Source of the DNA: a virus | Lineage: Duplodnaviria > Caudoviricetes | DNA: 64,000 bases | Strand: one strand, 5' to 3' | Virus record (IMG/VR): IMGVR_UViG_3300001528_000378 | Span: 32,001 to 96,000 of that record | Shown here: piece after piece, positions 8,742-18,401 of the stretch | Numbering within the stretch: the first letter of the stretch is position 1 | Layout of the letters: every line of letters begins with the position of its first letter | The notes under the pieces: model-generated | What the model was told of the DNA's origin: nothing | The model's database searches: none | The model's input: only the letters and a program-made list of their open reading frames with translations | Position numbers and translations under genes: made by a program

Positions 8742-10313
8742 ATGAGCCAAGTAAAAAAAGAAGATTTGATTGCTGAGTTTAAGAAGCTGATGGTTAAGTA
8801 TGCCAAGAAGTTTGGTAATACTGACATGACACGTGATTGGTGGAGAGAAAATACACAGTATTCCAGCCATAATTTATCTAAATGGTATAATACTTTTTCT
8901 AATTTTAAAGAACAGGCCTTAAAAGAATCTGGTGTTAAAAAGCGTGAAAATGTATCTATTAAAACTACAAAAGATACAAACATTTCTACATATTTTGTTA
9001 CCTCTATTGTTGAGGGTGCAAATATTGAAACTGGATTTATGAGTGCCATTGACACCTTTTGTAGAGAAAACAATGCCAATAAAGTATTGTTGTGGGTGCG
9101 TGGTGTAAGACCTATGGATGCTTTTACACCTGAACAATTAGACGCATATGAAGAAAACTTATGTACTGAGTTTGTATTTAACAGTAAATTAAAAGCCAAG
9201 GATTTTATGCTACACCCGGCACAAATTCTTCCATTAACTGGATTAAGCAGATTTGGGAATAGAGATTGCTCATTAATTATTGCCTCTCCAAAACAGCATA
9301 TGACATCTGTTCCAAGGGCAAAAAATGCATCCCCACATACTTTGTGGTCTACTGGTACAGTATCCATCCCTAAATATTCCACTACTCGTGCGGGATCTCT
9401 GGCTAATCAAGACAATACGCTCGGTGGGTTAATTGTAGAAGTAGTAGATAACAAAAAGTTTTATATTAGACCTGTACAGTATAAGGATAACTATTTTATC
9501 GACTTAGGTACTAAGTATAATTCCAATGGTAAAGTAGAAAAAAATGCAGTTAAAGCAGAAGCCATTGTTTGGGGTGATTTACACTTAACAGAGGAAGATA
9601 TTGATGCAGTTAGAAGTTCTATTGCACAAACTAATTATGTTAAGGCTAAGAAAGTAGTTATTCATGACGTATGCTCCTGGAATAGTGTTAATGCACATGA
9701 TATTAATAAGTATATTGTTAGAGCAGATAAAAAGCAACAAAAACTGGTTGATGATTATGAGTATACTGCTACTGGTTTGGGGTTTATTATAAATCTGCTG
9801 AAACCCTCAAAATCTGATATTTATATTGTAAAAAGTAATCATGATAACTGGGTTAAAAGATGGGTTGAGAAAGGGGATTTTATCAAAGATCGCACAAATT
9901 CTATCGCTGGTGCAAAAGCCTTTATTAACTTTTGCAAAGGTGAGGATCCAATCGAAGTAGAAGTATTAAATAGAATTACAGACCAAAACATTAGAAATAA
10001 AGTTCATTTTATGAAAAAGGATGAACAACTAAAGGTTGCTGGATTTGAACTTGGTCAGCATGGTGAAAACGGAGCGAACGGTAGTAAGGGCAACATTCAA
10101 GGTTTTGGTCGTTCTCATGATAAAATTGTAGTTGGTCACTCTCATAGTCCCAATATCTTTTATAGTGCTATACAAGTAGGTACAAACTCTAAAATGGACT
10201 TACCATATGCAACTGGTGATAGTTCTTGGATGCACGCCAACTGTATTATTTACCCAAATGGTACGTTCCAACTTATCACCTTTATTGACGAAAATTGGAA
10301 ACTTGACAAATAA
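8742..10313 (+). CDS. Large metallophosphoesterase, T5 A1-like family
   Basis: GDLH, HD, SNHD, QHGENGANG and GHSHSP metal-binding motifs. The middle segment (ASPKQHMTSVP...STGTVS...GGLIVEV...FIDLG) matches my recollection of T5 A1 homologues. Confidence 0.65.
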   Translation: MSQVKKEDLIAEFKKLMVKYAKKFGNTDMTRDWWRENTQYSSHNLSKWYNTFSNFKEQALKESGVKKRENVSIKTTKDTNISTYFVTSIVEGANIETGFMSAIDTFCRENNANKVLLWVRGVRPMDAFTPEQLDAYEENLCTEFVFNSKLKAKDFMLHPAQILPLTGLSRFGNRDCSLIIASPKQHMTSVPRAKNASPHTLWSTGTVSIPKYSTTRAGSLANQDNTLGGLIVEVVDNKKFYIRPVQYKDNYFIDLGTKYNSNGKVEKNAVKAEAIVWGDLHLTEEDIDAVRSSIAQTNYVKAKKVVIHDVCSWNSVNAHDINKYIVRADKKQQKLVDDYEYTATGLGFIINLLKPSKSDIYIVKSNHDNWVKRWVEKGDFIKDRTNSIAGAKAFINFCKGEDPIEVEVLNRITDQNIRNKVHFMKKDEQLKVAGFELGQHGENGANGSKGNIQGFGRSHDKIVVGHSHSPNIFYSAIQVGTNSKMDLPYATGDSSWMHANCIIYPNGTFQLITFIDENWKLDK

Positions 10314-10331
10314 AGAATTATTTTGTATAAT
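10303..10331 (+). promoter_or_regulatory. sigma70-type promoter; probably leaderless
   Basis: TTGACA-17 bp-TATAAT, 5 nt before ATG 10337. Confidence 0.75.
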
Positions 10332-10336
10332 ATATT

Positions 10337-10804
10337 ATGAAGAAACTTGTATGTCCAGATATACTAGATGTTTTACAAGACTACAATATGCCCATAAAAC
10401 AGGTTGGTAATAACTATTTTACAACTTGTTTATGGCACAATGATAGCAACCCATCGATGGCAGTATATCCAGAAACTAATAGTTTTTATTGTTTTGTTTG
10501 TAAAAAATCTGGTACAGTAGAGAATCTAATAGCAAAATTAGAACATAAGACTTATGCACAAGTTGTAAAGATGCTTTATGGTGATAACTATGCTTTTAGA
10601 AAACTTGGCGAGGATATCAAGGAAGTAGAACCAAATAATTCCTATATGCTTGAAACATTATCAAAAGAAATTAGATTTGCCATACGTAATGGCAAACTTA
10701 ATATTGATAGAGTACCAAGCATTATAAAACAAGTAATAAGTACTAAATTAGATATGGATAAATTTAAATCATTATTGGAGGATATACGAAATGACTCAAA
10801 ATAA
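10337..10804 (+). CDS. Stand-alone DnaG-type CHC2 zinc-binding domain (primase N-terminal part)
   Basis: CLWHNDSNPSM...FYCFVCKKSG; no TOPRIM domain in this ORF. Confidence 0.85.
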   Translation: MKKLVCPDILDVLQDYNMPIKQVGNNYFTTCLWHNDSNPSMAVYPETNSFYCFVCKKSGTVENLIAKLEHKTYAQVVKMLYGDNYAFRKLGEDIKEVEPNNSYMLETLSKEIRFAIRNGKLNIDRVPSIIKQVISTKLDMDKFKSLLEDIRNDSK

Positions 10805-11081
10805 TGTAGAGATTAGTAATGAGGAACCTTTTGTTTCTCCTAGTGTAGTGCAAGGTAAGCCCTATACTATTGAAAAGATTACTAGGTCTTGCGACAGGTC
10901 TTTATCTATTAATTATCAGACCTATAAAGTATCTACTACCCTATCTGCATCTGTTAAGGATAGAGAAGCCACCCTTGAAGACATTAATAGGATGGGAGAA
11001 GAAATCTATCAACTAGCAGAAGCACAGACATTAAAAGAAATTAATAAAATTAGAGAACTATTAAGTAAAGGGTATAATTAA
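10791..11081 (+). CDS. Hypothetical protein
   Basis: GGAGG RBS and operon packing. Confidence 0.65.
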   Translation: MTQNNVEISNEEPFVSPSVVQGKPYTIEKITRSCDRSLSINYQTYKVSTTLSASVKDREATLEDINRMGEEIYQLAEAQTLKEINKIRELLSKGYN

Positions 11082-11743
11082 TGGCTTTTAATTCAATTAA
11101 TAAAAACTTTGGTCTTACTAATGGGTATGATGTCCAAGTGCAACCCACTCAACCAGCACAACCCATTGGTTCCCAAATTTCATCCTTGTATAGTGATAAG
11201 AAATTAGTAGATCCATGGGTACAAAAAGTGGGTCAATTAGTTTCTATGTTAAAATCAAAGAGTGATTTTGGGCAGGTATCAGACATTCTATTTCGTATCC
11301 CAGTCTTAATTAATGGGGTAATTGAAATTTGGGAATATGATACCTCAAAAGAAAGAGATATTAATGCTCAAAACTTTCAGCAACATGTTGTAAATATCTC
11401 TGATTCTATCTGTAAATGGAATACAGCATCTCAAATCTACAATGAGTTGGTAGAACTTAAACAGATGGAATATGATACATGGAAAGCAAAGTCTATGTAT
11501 GTTGTTCGCCAACAATGTGCAAATGACAAAAAGATGACAGAATCTGCAATCAAAGAAGTATTTATGATGCAGAACGAAGAAATTGACACCCCCAAGAGAT
11601 TAGAGTTACTCTATCTCAATGGTACAAAAAGTGTTATTGATAACGCCATTATTAAGAGTTTGAACGAAAAGTCTAAACACTTAATCACTATTGGCCTGCA
11701 GTATAGAAATGAAATGAATGGTCGTATGACTATTGGGTATTAA
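11081..11743 (+). CDS. Helical protein, possible UvsY-like recombination mediator
   Basis: C-terminal KKMTESAIKE...SLNEKSKHL pattern and location before the SSB-like and RecA genes. Confidence 0.4.
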   Translation: MAFNSINKNFGLTNGYDVQVQPTQPAQPIGSQISSLYSDKKLVDPWVQKVGQLVSMLKSKSDFGQVSDILFRIPVLINGVIEIWEYDTSKERDINAQNFQQHVVNISDSICKWNTASQIYNELVELKQMEYDTWKAKSMYVVRQQCANDKKMTESAIKEVFMMQNEEIDTPKRLELLYLNGTKSVIDNAIIKSLNEKSKHLITIGLQYRNEMNGRMTIGY

Positions 11744-11745
11744 AA

Positions 11746-12516
11746 ATGGAAAACAACAGTAATTACATCCAAAAACCTATCTTTGATGGGGAATTAGAAT
11801 CCGCCGAATATGAAGCCGTTGTAGTGAAAGCAACTCCTATGGAAGCCAAGGGTACTATGCCTGCCTCTATTAGAGTAATGTTTAAAATTGACTTTCCTAC
11901 GTGTGTATCTTTTGTATCTGGCTTTATTAATCAGACTTTTAAATCTGGTGATAAAACGAGTAACTGGTTGAAAAACTTAGGTGTGTCAACTATGGATAAT
12001 AGAGTACCGATTGAGCAGTTAAAGGGTAAAAAATGCCATATTTATATTGTTCCGGGTAAAAAGGCTTTTTCTGCCAAATTGGGTAGAGAAATTCAGTATT
12101 ATAAGATTTTGTCCTTAACTCCTATGAACAAGGTTATTCCTAATGTTATGAGTGCCTCTCAACCTGTACAGCAGGCTCCTGTTCAGATGGTACAGCCTAC
12201 TATGCCAGTTCAACAACCTGTACAGCAGAATCCTTTCTTGCAACAGCAAGCACCTGCTATTAAACCTGTATATGCTACCTCGCAGACTAATTATGCTCAG
12301 CCTGTACAGCAACCACAGGTTCAGCAACCTGTTCAACAGCCCCAAGTAACTCAGTCTATGGCTGCTCAGTTGGCACAGTTTGCACAACCTGCTCAAGTTG
12401 TACAACCTACACCTCAACCTGTTCAACCTACTGTGCAAGCCACACCCAAAGCTGAGCCTGTGCAACCTGCTGTGCAACAACCGTTGCCCACTCAACCTGT
12501 GAGTTTGGATTTCTAG
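11746..12516 (+). CDS. Putative ssDNA-binding protein with a Gln/Pro-rich tail
   Basis: Beta-rich ~125-aa N-terminal domain, QPVQQP repeats, terminal LDF; near recA. Confidence 0.5.
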   Translation: MENNSNYIQKPIFDGELESAEYEAVVVKATPMEAKGTMPASIRVMFKIDFPTCVSFVSGFINQTFKSGDKTSNWLKNLGVSTMDNRVPIEQLKGKKCHIYIVPGKKAFSAKLGREIQYYKILSLTPMNKVIPNVMSASQPVQQAPVQMVQPTMPVQQPVQQNPFLQQQAPAIKPVYATSQTNYAQPVQQPQVQQPVQQPQVTQSMAAQLAQFAQPAQVVQPTPQPVQPTVQATPKAEPVQPAVQQPLPTQPVSLDF

Positions 12517-12558
12517 TCTAACTAGAAAAACTATATAAAATTGAGGATTATTTCTAGT

Positions 12559-12882
12559 ATGGATAAAGAAATTAAAAAAGAAACTGTTGATACTGAACAA
12601 GAAATTGTTAATTTGTGGCTTGGTAAAGATATCGATGCTACAATTAAGGGTATTGAAGACGAGCAGCTATTCACCCTCATTATGGGTCAGATGTTATCTG
12701 ATTCAGTTCAAGAAAAACAATTTATGGATTGGATTACTTCTAAAAACCCTAGTGATGTTATGAAAGCTGGAATGGCTTTGGCCAGACCTATTTTGTGTGC
12801 ATACATGTTTGGTAAAGCCAATGCAGATAAGTTTACTGGTAAGGAAGAATCTGATGTCAAAGATAGAATCATTACTAAATAG
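12559..12882 (+). CDS. Hypothetical protein
   Basis: GAGGA upstream of ATG 12559. Confidence 0.6.
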   Translation: MDKEIKKETVDTEQEIVNLWLGKDIDATIKGIEDEQLFTLIMGQMLSDSVQEKQFMDWITSKNPSDVMKAGMALARPILCAYMFGKANADKFTGKEESDVKDRIITK

Positions 12883-13933
12883 TTTAAATAAGAAGTATAA
12901 AGCCACAGGTAATGCCATTTTAAGCAAGGCTTCCGACCAAGTGGCACAGGTGGATTGGATTTCCACCAATATTTACGCTCTTGATAGAGTTATGGGTAAG
13001 GGCTTACCACGTGGTAGAGTAGTAGAAATTTGGGGCGCTGCTTCCTCGGGCAAGAGTACCTCTGCATTACAAATTATTGCAGCAGTACAAAAGCATGGTG
13101 GTTTGGCTGCATTTGTAGATGCAGAACAGACTTATGATGCCAAATGGGCAGCAGCTTGTGGTGTAGATAATGATAACTTGGTGCTTATCAAACCTGAATG
13201 GGGTGAGCAAGCATTGAGCATTGTGGAATCCATGATTGATACAGGAGAAATGGACCTTATTGTTGTAGATAGCATCCCTGGATTGTTACCTAAGGCTATT
13301 GCGGACAAAGAAATTGGTTCTCCTACGGTGGGTGAGCAGGCAAGAATGATGAGTGTATTTTTACAGAAAGTTACACCCAAACTTGCAAAAACCAAAACTT
13401 CTTTGGTACTACTCAACCAAACCAGAACCAAAATTGGGGTAATGTATGGTGATCCTACGGCATTACCTGGTGGTGCAGCAGTAGAGTTCTACTCGTCTGT
13501 AATCTTAAAAGTTAAGAGAGATAAGAAAGAAATTTCTTATGATAAGATTACAGGTGATCCGAACGGGCATAAGATGTTTGTAAAAAACACAAAAAATAAG
13601 GTATCATCCCCATTTAGAGAAACAGAATATATGTTCTACTACAATGAAGGTGTTGATAACCGTGTGGCTATTGTAGACGAAGCCCTAGCACAAGGTATCA
13701 TTGTAACTCCTGAAACTGGTAGAACATATACCATTAATGCAGACGGTGTGGAGCATAAAATTGTAAACCGTAATAGCATTGAGGATTACCTTACAGAACA
13801 TCCTGAATTAGCCAAGTATATAATGGATAAATTAGGATTACCAGATAGTTATAAAGATGCCTTTACAAACTATCCAGACCCTACAAAGAGTGAAGTAGGG
13901 GAAGATAAAACTACTGAATTTACAGAGGAATAA
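12854..13933 (+). CDS. recA: RecA recombinase
   Basis: GLPRGRVVEIWG, SSGKST, FVDAEQ, IVVDSI, QARMMS, NQTR, PGGAAVEFYSS, KNKVSSPF. Confidence 0.95.
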   Translation: MSKIESLLNSLNKKYKATGNAILSKASDQVAQVDWISTNIYALDRVMGKGLPRGRVVEIWGAASSGKSTSALQIIAAVQKHGGLAAFVDAEQTYDAKWAAACGVDNDNLVLIKPEWGEQALSIVESMIDTGEMDLIVVDSIPGLLPKAIADKEIGSPTVGEQARMMSVFLQKVTPKLAKTKTSLVLLNQTRTKIGVMYGDPTALPGGAAVEFYSSVILKVKRDKKEISYDKITGDPNGHKMFVKNTKNKVSSPFRETEYMFYYNEGVDNRVAIVDEALAQGIIVTPETGRTYTINADGVEHKIVNRNSIEDYLTEHPELAKYIMDKLGLPDSYKDAFTNYPDPTKSEVGEDKTTEFTEE

Positions 13934-13936
13934 CAG

Positions 13937-14605
13937 ATGAAAGAAAAGTTATTTTATATGTGGGTATGGGCTGTGGAAACTATTGCAAAGATGCTTCATA
14001 CCATTGGTGATGGACTGACAGTTGCAAGTATTAAACTTGTGACTTATACTATGGATATCAAGGTTAAGCATACTAGACGTTTAGTCTATTTTGTAGATAA
14101 GCCTTCCTACTCAGAACGTACTGTAGCACACGACTTAGGTAAAAGTTTACCTGTACAAGAAGGGTACCTTTCTGAAGAAATGTTTATCTTGGCTTTTGGA
14201 CCTTACCCATTCTATGAAGAATCGAACAGATCTAAGTTGATAATTATGTATTCTTGTAAGACTCACAAGGATATCCTTATTAGTAGAGGTCTTGTGTTTA
14301 AAAGAAAAGCAGACGCAGAACAGTTTGCGGACCAATTAGTACAAGATGCAAGAAATCCATTCAAACAGTTATCTATTGAACCTACTGAAAGTGATATCAT
14401 TACAGATAAGGATTTTGAGAAGAAGAAGAAAGCATATACCGACCTGGAAAAGGCTGTGAAAACTTTTGCAAAATCCCATAAAAAAGAATATAATAAGTAT
14501 AAAAATATTCTTTTAAAAGAAGTTAAGGCCAAGACTAAAGCAAATAAAATTGTTTCCAAGTCTACTAAAAAAGTAGTTAAAAAGGCGAAAAAAGGAAGCA
14601 AATAA
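13937..14605 (+). CDS. Hypothetical protein with Lys-rich C-terminus
   Basis: GAGG RBS; basic tail KSTKKVVKKAKKGSK. Confidence 0.6.
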   Translation: MKEKLFYMWVWAVETIAKMLHTIGDGLTVASIKLVTYTMDIKVKHTRRLVYFVDKPSYSERTVAHDLGKSLPVQEGYLSEEMFILAFGPYPFYEESNRSKLIIMYSCKTHKDILISRGLVFKRKADAEQFADQLVQDARNPFKQLSIEPTESDIITDKDFEKKKKAYTDLEKAVKTFAKSHKKEYNKYKNILLKEVKAKTKANKIVSKSTKKVVKKAKKGSK

Positions 14606-15462
14606 TGTTTATATACATCTCTGACCTCCATCTTAGTGATAAACAGCCTATATCCCGTGTAGATAATGTGTTTGAGGCTGGGATGTATAAACTAGAATAT
14701 GTATTACGGCGGGCCAAAGAACTTGGTACATTTGTAGTATGTGGTGGGGATTTCTTCCACGAACCAAGAGTAAGCTATAAAGTATTAAATGGCGTTATTG
14801 ACTTGCTTAAAAAGTATCAAGTAGATGTATACACTGTGTTTGGAAATCACGACTTGATAGGGGTGAACGAGTTAGACGAAAGTTGTGCTTTGTTCACTCT
14901 TATCAAGAGTGGTCTTATCAAAAAGTTAGATAAGTTAGAAACACCCGAATTTATTATTCACTCATTGGGATACACAAAAGAAATTCCAAGTAGCTATTAT
15001 TTTAATCTAGATAGCACGAAAAAGAAGATTCTGGTTGTGCATAATGCTCTAACTACTGAAAAAGCCAGATATGACCATATATTAGTCAAAGATTTTCATA
15101 CAGATGCAAACTTGGTATTGTGTGGACATATACATCAATTCTTTGCCAAAAAGGTTAGTTCTACTGTATTTATTTCTCCCAGCTGTATGGTTAGACGGTC
15201 AGTAGCAGAAAAAGACCAAGAACCCTGTATTATATTAGTGGATAGTAAAGTTACAGTAGAAAAAATACCATTAAACCAAAAGGCGGAATTTTGTGTTACT
15301 ACCTCAGAAGAAGTAAACACAGCTCTATCAACTGCTATAACTGATTCTAAGGTAGAATCCAGTAATATTGAAGAATACATTAATTCTAGTCCCTATGAGA
15401 AAAAAGTAAAAGATTTCTGCATAGATAGGATTAATAAGGTAAGGAGTGAAAATGCCTATTGA
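14605..15462 (+). CDS. Mre11/SbcD-like nuclease
   Basis: SDLH, GGDFFH, GNHD, VHN, GHIH; adjacent to Rad50 fragments. Confidence 0.85.
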   Translation: MFIYISDLHLSDKQPISRVDNVFEAGMYKLEYVLRRAKELGTFVVCGGDFFHEPRVSYKVLNGVIDLLKKYQVDVYTVFGNHDLIGVNELDESCALFTLIKSGLIKKLDKLETPEFIIHSLGYTKEIPSSYYFNLDSTKKKILVVHNALTTEKARYDHILVKDFHTDANLVLCGHIHQFFAKKVSSTVFISPSCMVRRSVAEKDQEPCIILVDSKVTVEKIPLNQKAEFCVTTSEEVNTALSTAITDSKVESSNIEEYINSSPYEKKVKDFCIDRINKVRSENAY

Positions 15463-15700
15463 TTTGAATGAAGTAATGGATAGCATTAATCAATTAAAGA
15501 TGATGCGTGCTTCCTTAGAGGGAAGACAGAAACAGCTTAAATCTCAACTTGAAACTCAATTAATGCCTGAGTTTGAGAAGTTAGGGGTTACACCCGACAC
15601 TATTGAAGATACAATCAAAGTGGAAGAAGAAGACGTAAATAACTCCTATAAGAAGATTAATGATTTAATATCTTCTGTTAATGCTAACTTAAAAGTGTAA
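15452..15700 (+). CDS. Small coiled-coil protein, candidate middle piece of the split Rad50
   Basis: AAGGAG RBS and heptad pattern; sits between the SbcD-like gene and the Rad50 C-terminal half. Confidence 0.6.
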   Translation: MPIDLNEVMDSINQLKMMRASLEGRQKQLKSQLETQLMPEFEKLGVTPDTIEDTIKVEEEDVNNSYKKINDLISSVNANLKV

Positions 15701-15701
15701 T

Positions 15702-16355
15702 ATGCAAAGACTACTAGACGAAATCAATAAGCTAGATAAAACTGTGGTGTATATACAGTCAAAACTAGATGATGCAATCAAGAGAAAAGGACAGCTTGAG
15801 AATAATATTAAACTAGCCACAGAGCTACATGATATATATTCTAAGGGTTCTGCACTCTTTAAGGACGCGTCTATTAATTGTCAAAAGCAGACCAATGAGA
15901 GAATATCTAACATTATAACTAAACTTTATCAATTTGTATTTGAGAGTAATGATAAAGTTATTATTTCCACAGATATTAAAAGAAACGTACCCGTGGCATC
16001 TATCTTAATTGAAGCAGAAAAGAATGGTGAAATCGTTACATTAGATCCTGTGGAAGAAGAGGGGGGCGGTAAGCTGGATATCATATCTCTTGGTCTAAGG
16101 TTGGCAGGGTTGTTATTATACACACCCACACTAAATAGAGTTTTGATATTAGACGAACCATTAAAAAACTTATCAACAGATGAAACATCTGCAAAGGCTT
16201 ATAGACAAAGAACTGCAGAATTTTTAAAAATGGTGTGTAAAGACTATCATATTCAGGTTATTATGACCACACATGATAAAACTTTTGTAGATATTGCAGA
16301 TAAAAAGTTTGTACTTTCACAGGATGATGAACACTATGCAACCATCGGAAACTGA
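15702..16355 (+). CDS. Rad50/SbcC C-terminal half
   Basis: Coiled coil, then signature-like EGGGKLDIISLGLRLA, Walker B LILDEP and H-loop MTTHD; no Walker A. Confidence 0.85.
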   Translation: MQRLLDEINKLDKTVVYIQSKLDDAIKRKGQLENNIKLATELHDIYSKGSALFKDASINCQKQTNERISNIITKLYQFVFESNDKVIISTDIKRNVPVASILIEAEKNGEIVTLDPVEEEGGGKLDIISLGLRLAGLLLYTPTLNRVLILDEPLKNLSTDETSAKAYRQRTAEFLKMVCKDYHIQVIMTTHDKTFVDIADKKFVLSQDDEHYATIGN

Positions 16356-17055
16356 GAAAAAACTTATTAAAGAGGGGAACTACAATATTATTGGGACTAA
16401 CATATCTGGTGTAGATAATTATGTCGGGCCAATGGTAGGTTGTTCTATTGTACTAGATTATTATAATATATCTAGGTATGTAGATCCTCTGCTTAAAAAT
16501 GTATTACTAAATGCCAATGAAGTTAAGGAACTAATGGGTAGTTTTAGGTATCATACTTTTCATTTTATGGAAGTACCCACAATTAATATGGTGCGTAATT
16601 TGGAATTTGCAGAGCATATGGCAAAGTTTAATTCGGCCAATAAATTAGTTTGGGATATGCTTAAAAAGTGTGAAGTACCAGATGCTTATATAACCGCTGA
16701 TAAGCCTCTAACAGAGGTTATAGATACAAAGGATGATTCTCTACATAGTGATGGTAGAGATAGGTTTGTTCTTTGGAATACAAATCACTCATTGGAATTA
16801 GTTACTCCAAAAGCCATATTTGTAAGTAAAGCAACTAAAAGTACCTTAGTTACTAGGATTACAAAGAAATTAGCAAATATGGTTTTAGATATTAAATTAA
16901 GGGCATTAGATAAAGACTTTGAAAAGTATGATATATCAAAGTACCCTGGTAAGGAACAAGTGGAATATGTAAAGAAGTTTGGAAACACCATACACCATAG
17001 AGTATTTCTACCAGACTTGTCTAAATACCCAATGGGAAAATTGTTCTATGACTAA
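16336..17055 (+). CDS. RNase HII-like protein with degenerate active site
   Basis: IIGTNISGVDNYVGPMVGCSIVL aligns with GxDEAGRGPLAGPVVAAAV; the C-terminal YP.KE..EYVKKFG.TIHHRVF segment matches the RNase HII tail. Confidence 0.7.
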   Translation: MQPSETEKKLIKEGNYNIIGTNISGVDNYVGPMVGCSIVLDYYNISRYVDPLLKNVLLNANEVKELMGSFRYHTFHFMEVPTINMVRNLEFAEHMAKFNSANKLVWDMLKKCEVPDAYITADKPLTEVIDTKDDSLHSDGRDRFVLWNTNHSLELVTPKAIFVSKATKSTLVTRITKKLANMVLDIKLRALDKDFEKYDISKYPGKEQVEYVKKFGNTIHHRVFLPDLSKYPMGKLFYD

Positions 17056-17632
17056 ATTAATTATTGGTATGGATAATGGTACAACAGCTTCTTATGCAGC
17101 CATTAATACACAAGGCGAAGTTATAGAATTTAAGCATGTTCCTACATTTAAATTAGATAAATGGACTAAGCCAAAGAAAAAGAAAGGAAAAGAAGTACAG
17201 GGGCATATTACAGTAATAGATATTAATGCACTTAAAAAAGACTTTAAGAAACTATTTAAGAAGCATAATATAGATCCTAACAATGTAAAATGCTATTTGG
17301 AAAGACCTGCTGTTGGATTTTCTGGTTGGAGCGTATGGACATCTCTATCAGGTATTTCTGCTTGGGTGTCTGTACAGTATGTTCTATTAGACTTAGGTAT
17401 TAAGTATTTTACCATTGATAGTAAAGAGTGGCAAAGTAATTTAATACCACAGGCTATGGGTACAAATGGTACAAAGAAATTAAAATCAACAGATCGTAAT
17501 AAGAAATTAAAAGAGGCTTCTGATAAGTTGGCATTAGAGATTTATCCAGAAGCAAAGTTGAAAGATAGCGGGGATGGTGATAGCATTAATATTGCATATA
17601 ATTACTATCTCAAAGAACAGGGAAAGTTATGA
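17048..17632 (+). CDS. RuvC-like Holliday junction resolvase
   Basis: IIGMDNG, YLERP, SKEWQ and DGDSINIA acidic RNase H-fold motifs. Confidence 0.75.
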   Translation: MTKLIIGMDNGTTASYAAINTQGEVIEFKHVPTFKLDKWTKPKKKKGKEVQGHITVIDINALKKDFKKLFKKHNIDPNNVKCYLERPAVGFSGWSVWTSLSGISAWVSVQYVLLDLGIKYFTIDSKEWQSNLIPQAMGTNGTKKLKSTDRNKKLKEASDKLALEIYPEAKLKDSGDGDSINIAYNYYLKEQGKL

Positions 17633-17793
17633 AATGTGATAATTGTGGGAAAGAGATAGGAAGTTTTTGTTATCAAGTTCCTCAGGGTGTATATGGAAAC
17701 AGAAAGCCTTGGGCATTTTGTACTAAAAAATGCTTAACCAAAAAGATTAAGGTAGCATTAGATAAGAAAAAGGAAAGAGAAAATGGCAAATAA
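17629..17793 (+). CDS. 54-aa zinc-finger (TRASH-like) protein, absent from the ORF track
   Basis: MKCDNCGKEI...FCTKKCL; overlaps both neighbours' stop/start. Confidence 0.6.
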   Translation: MKCDNCGKEIGSFCYQVPQGVYGNRKPWAFCTKKCLTKKIKVALDKKKERENGK

Positions 17794-18193
17794 TGTTGGA
17801 AGTGTTTTCGCTGTGTGTAAATATTGTGGAAGTTTATTTGAAGTTGAAGCAGGTAAGGATATCCCAGATTGTTGTGGTAGAGAAGCCTGCAAGAAATCCA
17901 TGAATAACTCTCGTGTGGTATCTATGCCAATTTATGGAGCAAATGCAAGTATTGTAACTTATTCTGGTGGGCAAGACTTGGGTGGTAGTGAAGAACCACA
18001 GGGGGATAACAATGTAGTTAAACTTGCAAAAGAAGTTGATACGACAAAGAAGGATAATGACAATGCCAAAAAAATTGAAAAAGACATCAAAAAACGATTT
18101 GGAATCAAAACCAAAAAAACGAGTAAAAAAGCAGGAAGTAAGTCTACTGCAAAAAAAGCCAAATCTGGAAGAGTTCCTAAAACAAGCAAGTGA
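17783..18193 (+). CDS. Hypothetical Cys-containing protein with Lys-rich tail
   Basis: CKYC...CC...C; AGGA RBS. Confidence 0.6.
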   Translation: MANNVGSVFAVCKYCGSLFEVEAGKDIPDCCGREACKKSMNNSRVVSMPIYGANASIVTYSGGQDLGGSEEPQGDNNVVKLAKEVDTTKKDNDNAKKIEKDIKKRFGIKTKKTSKKAGSKSTAKKAKSGRVPKTSK

Positions 18194-18401
18194 TTGGTAT
18201 GACAGGTGGGGAAATTTATGCACAGGCCCACTTAGTAATAAACAAGCCTATTTGGACTATCAAAAGATGTTTTATTTGTCTACACTGGCAGATATGACTG
18301 ATATTGACTATCATAAGTTTGTGGATAGTGCAACAAAAAATGTAGTAAATAGGTTCAATAAAATCATTGATTCAAAGAAAGACTTGACAAAGAACAAATA
18401 A
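18063..18401 (+). CDS. Hypothetical protein overlapping the previous gene
   Basis: AAGGA upstream; fills the gap to the next promoter. Confidence 0.5.
   Translation: MPKKLKKTSKNDLESKPKKRVKKQEVSLLQKKPNLEEFLKQASDWYDRWGNLCTGPLSNKQAYLDYQKMFYLSTLADMTDIDYHKFVDSATKNVVNRFNKIIDSKKDLTKNK

Noticed and set aside
8723-9382. Long antisense ORFs (e.g. 8723..9382, 7665..8153, 12115..12600)
   Set aside because: They are shadows of well-supported genes on the opposite strand and carry no motifs.
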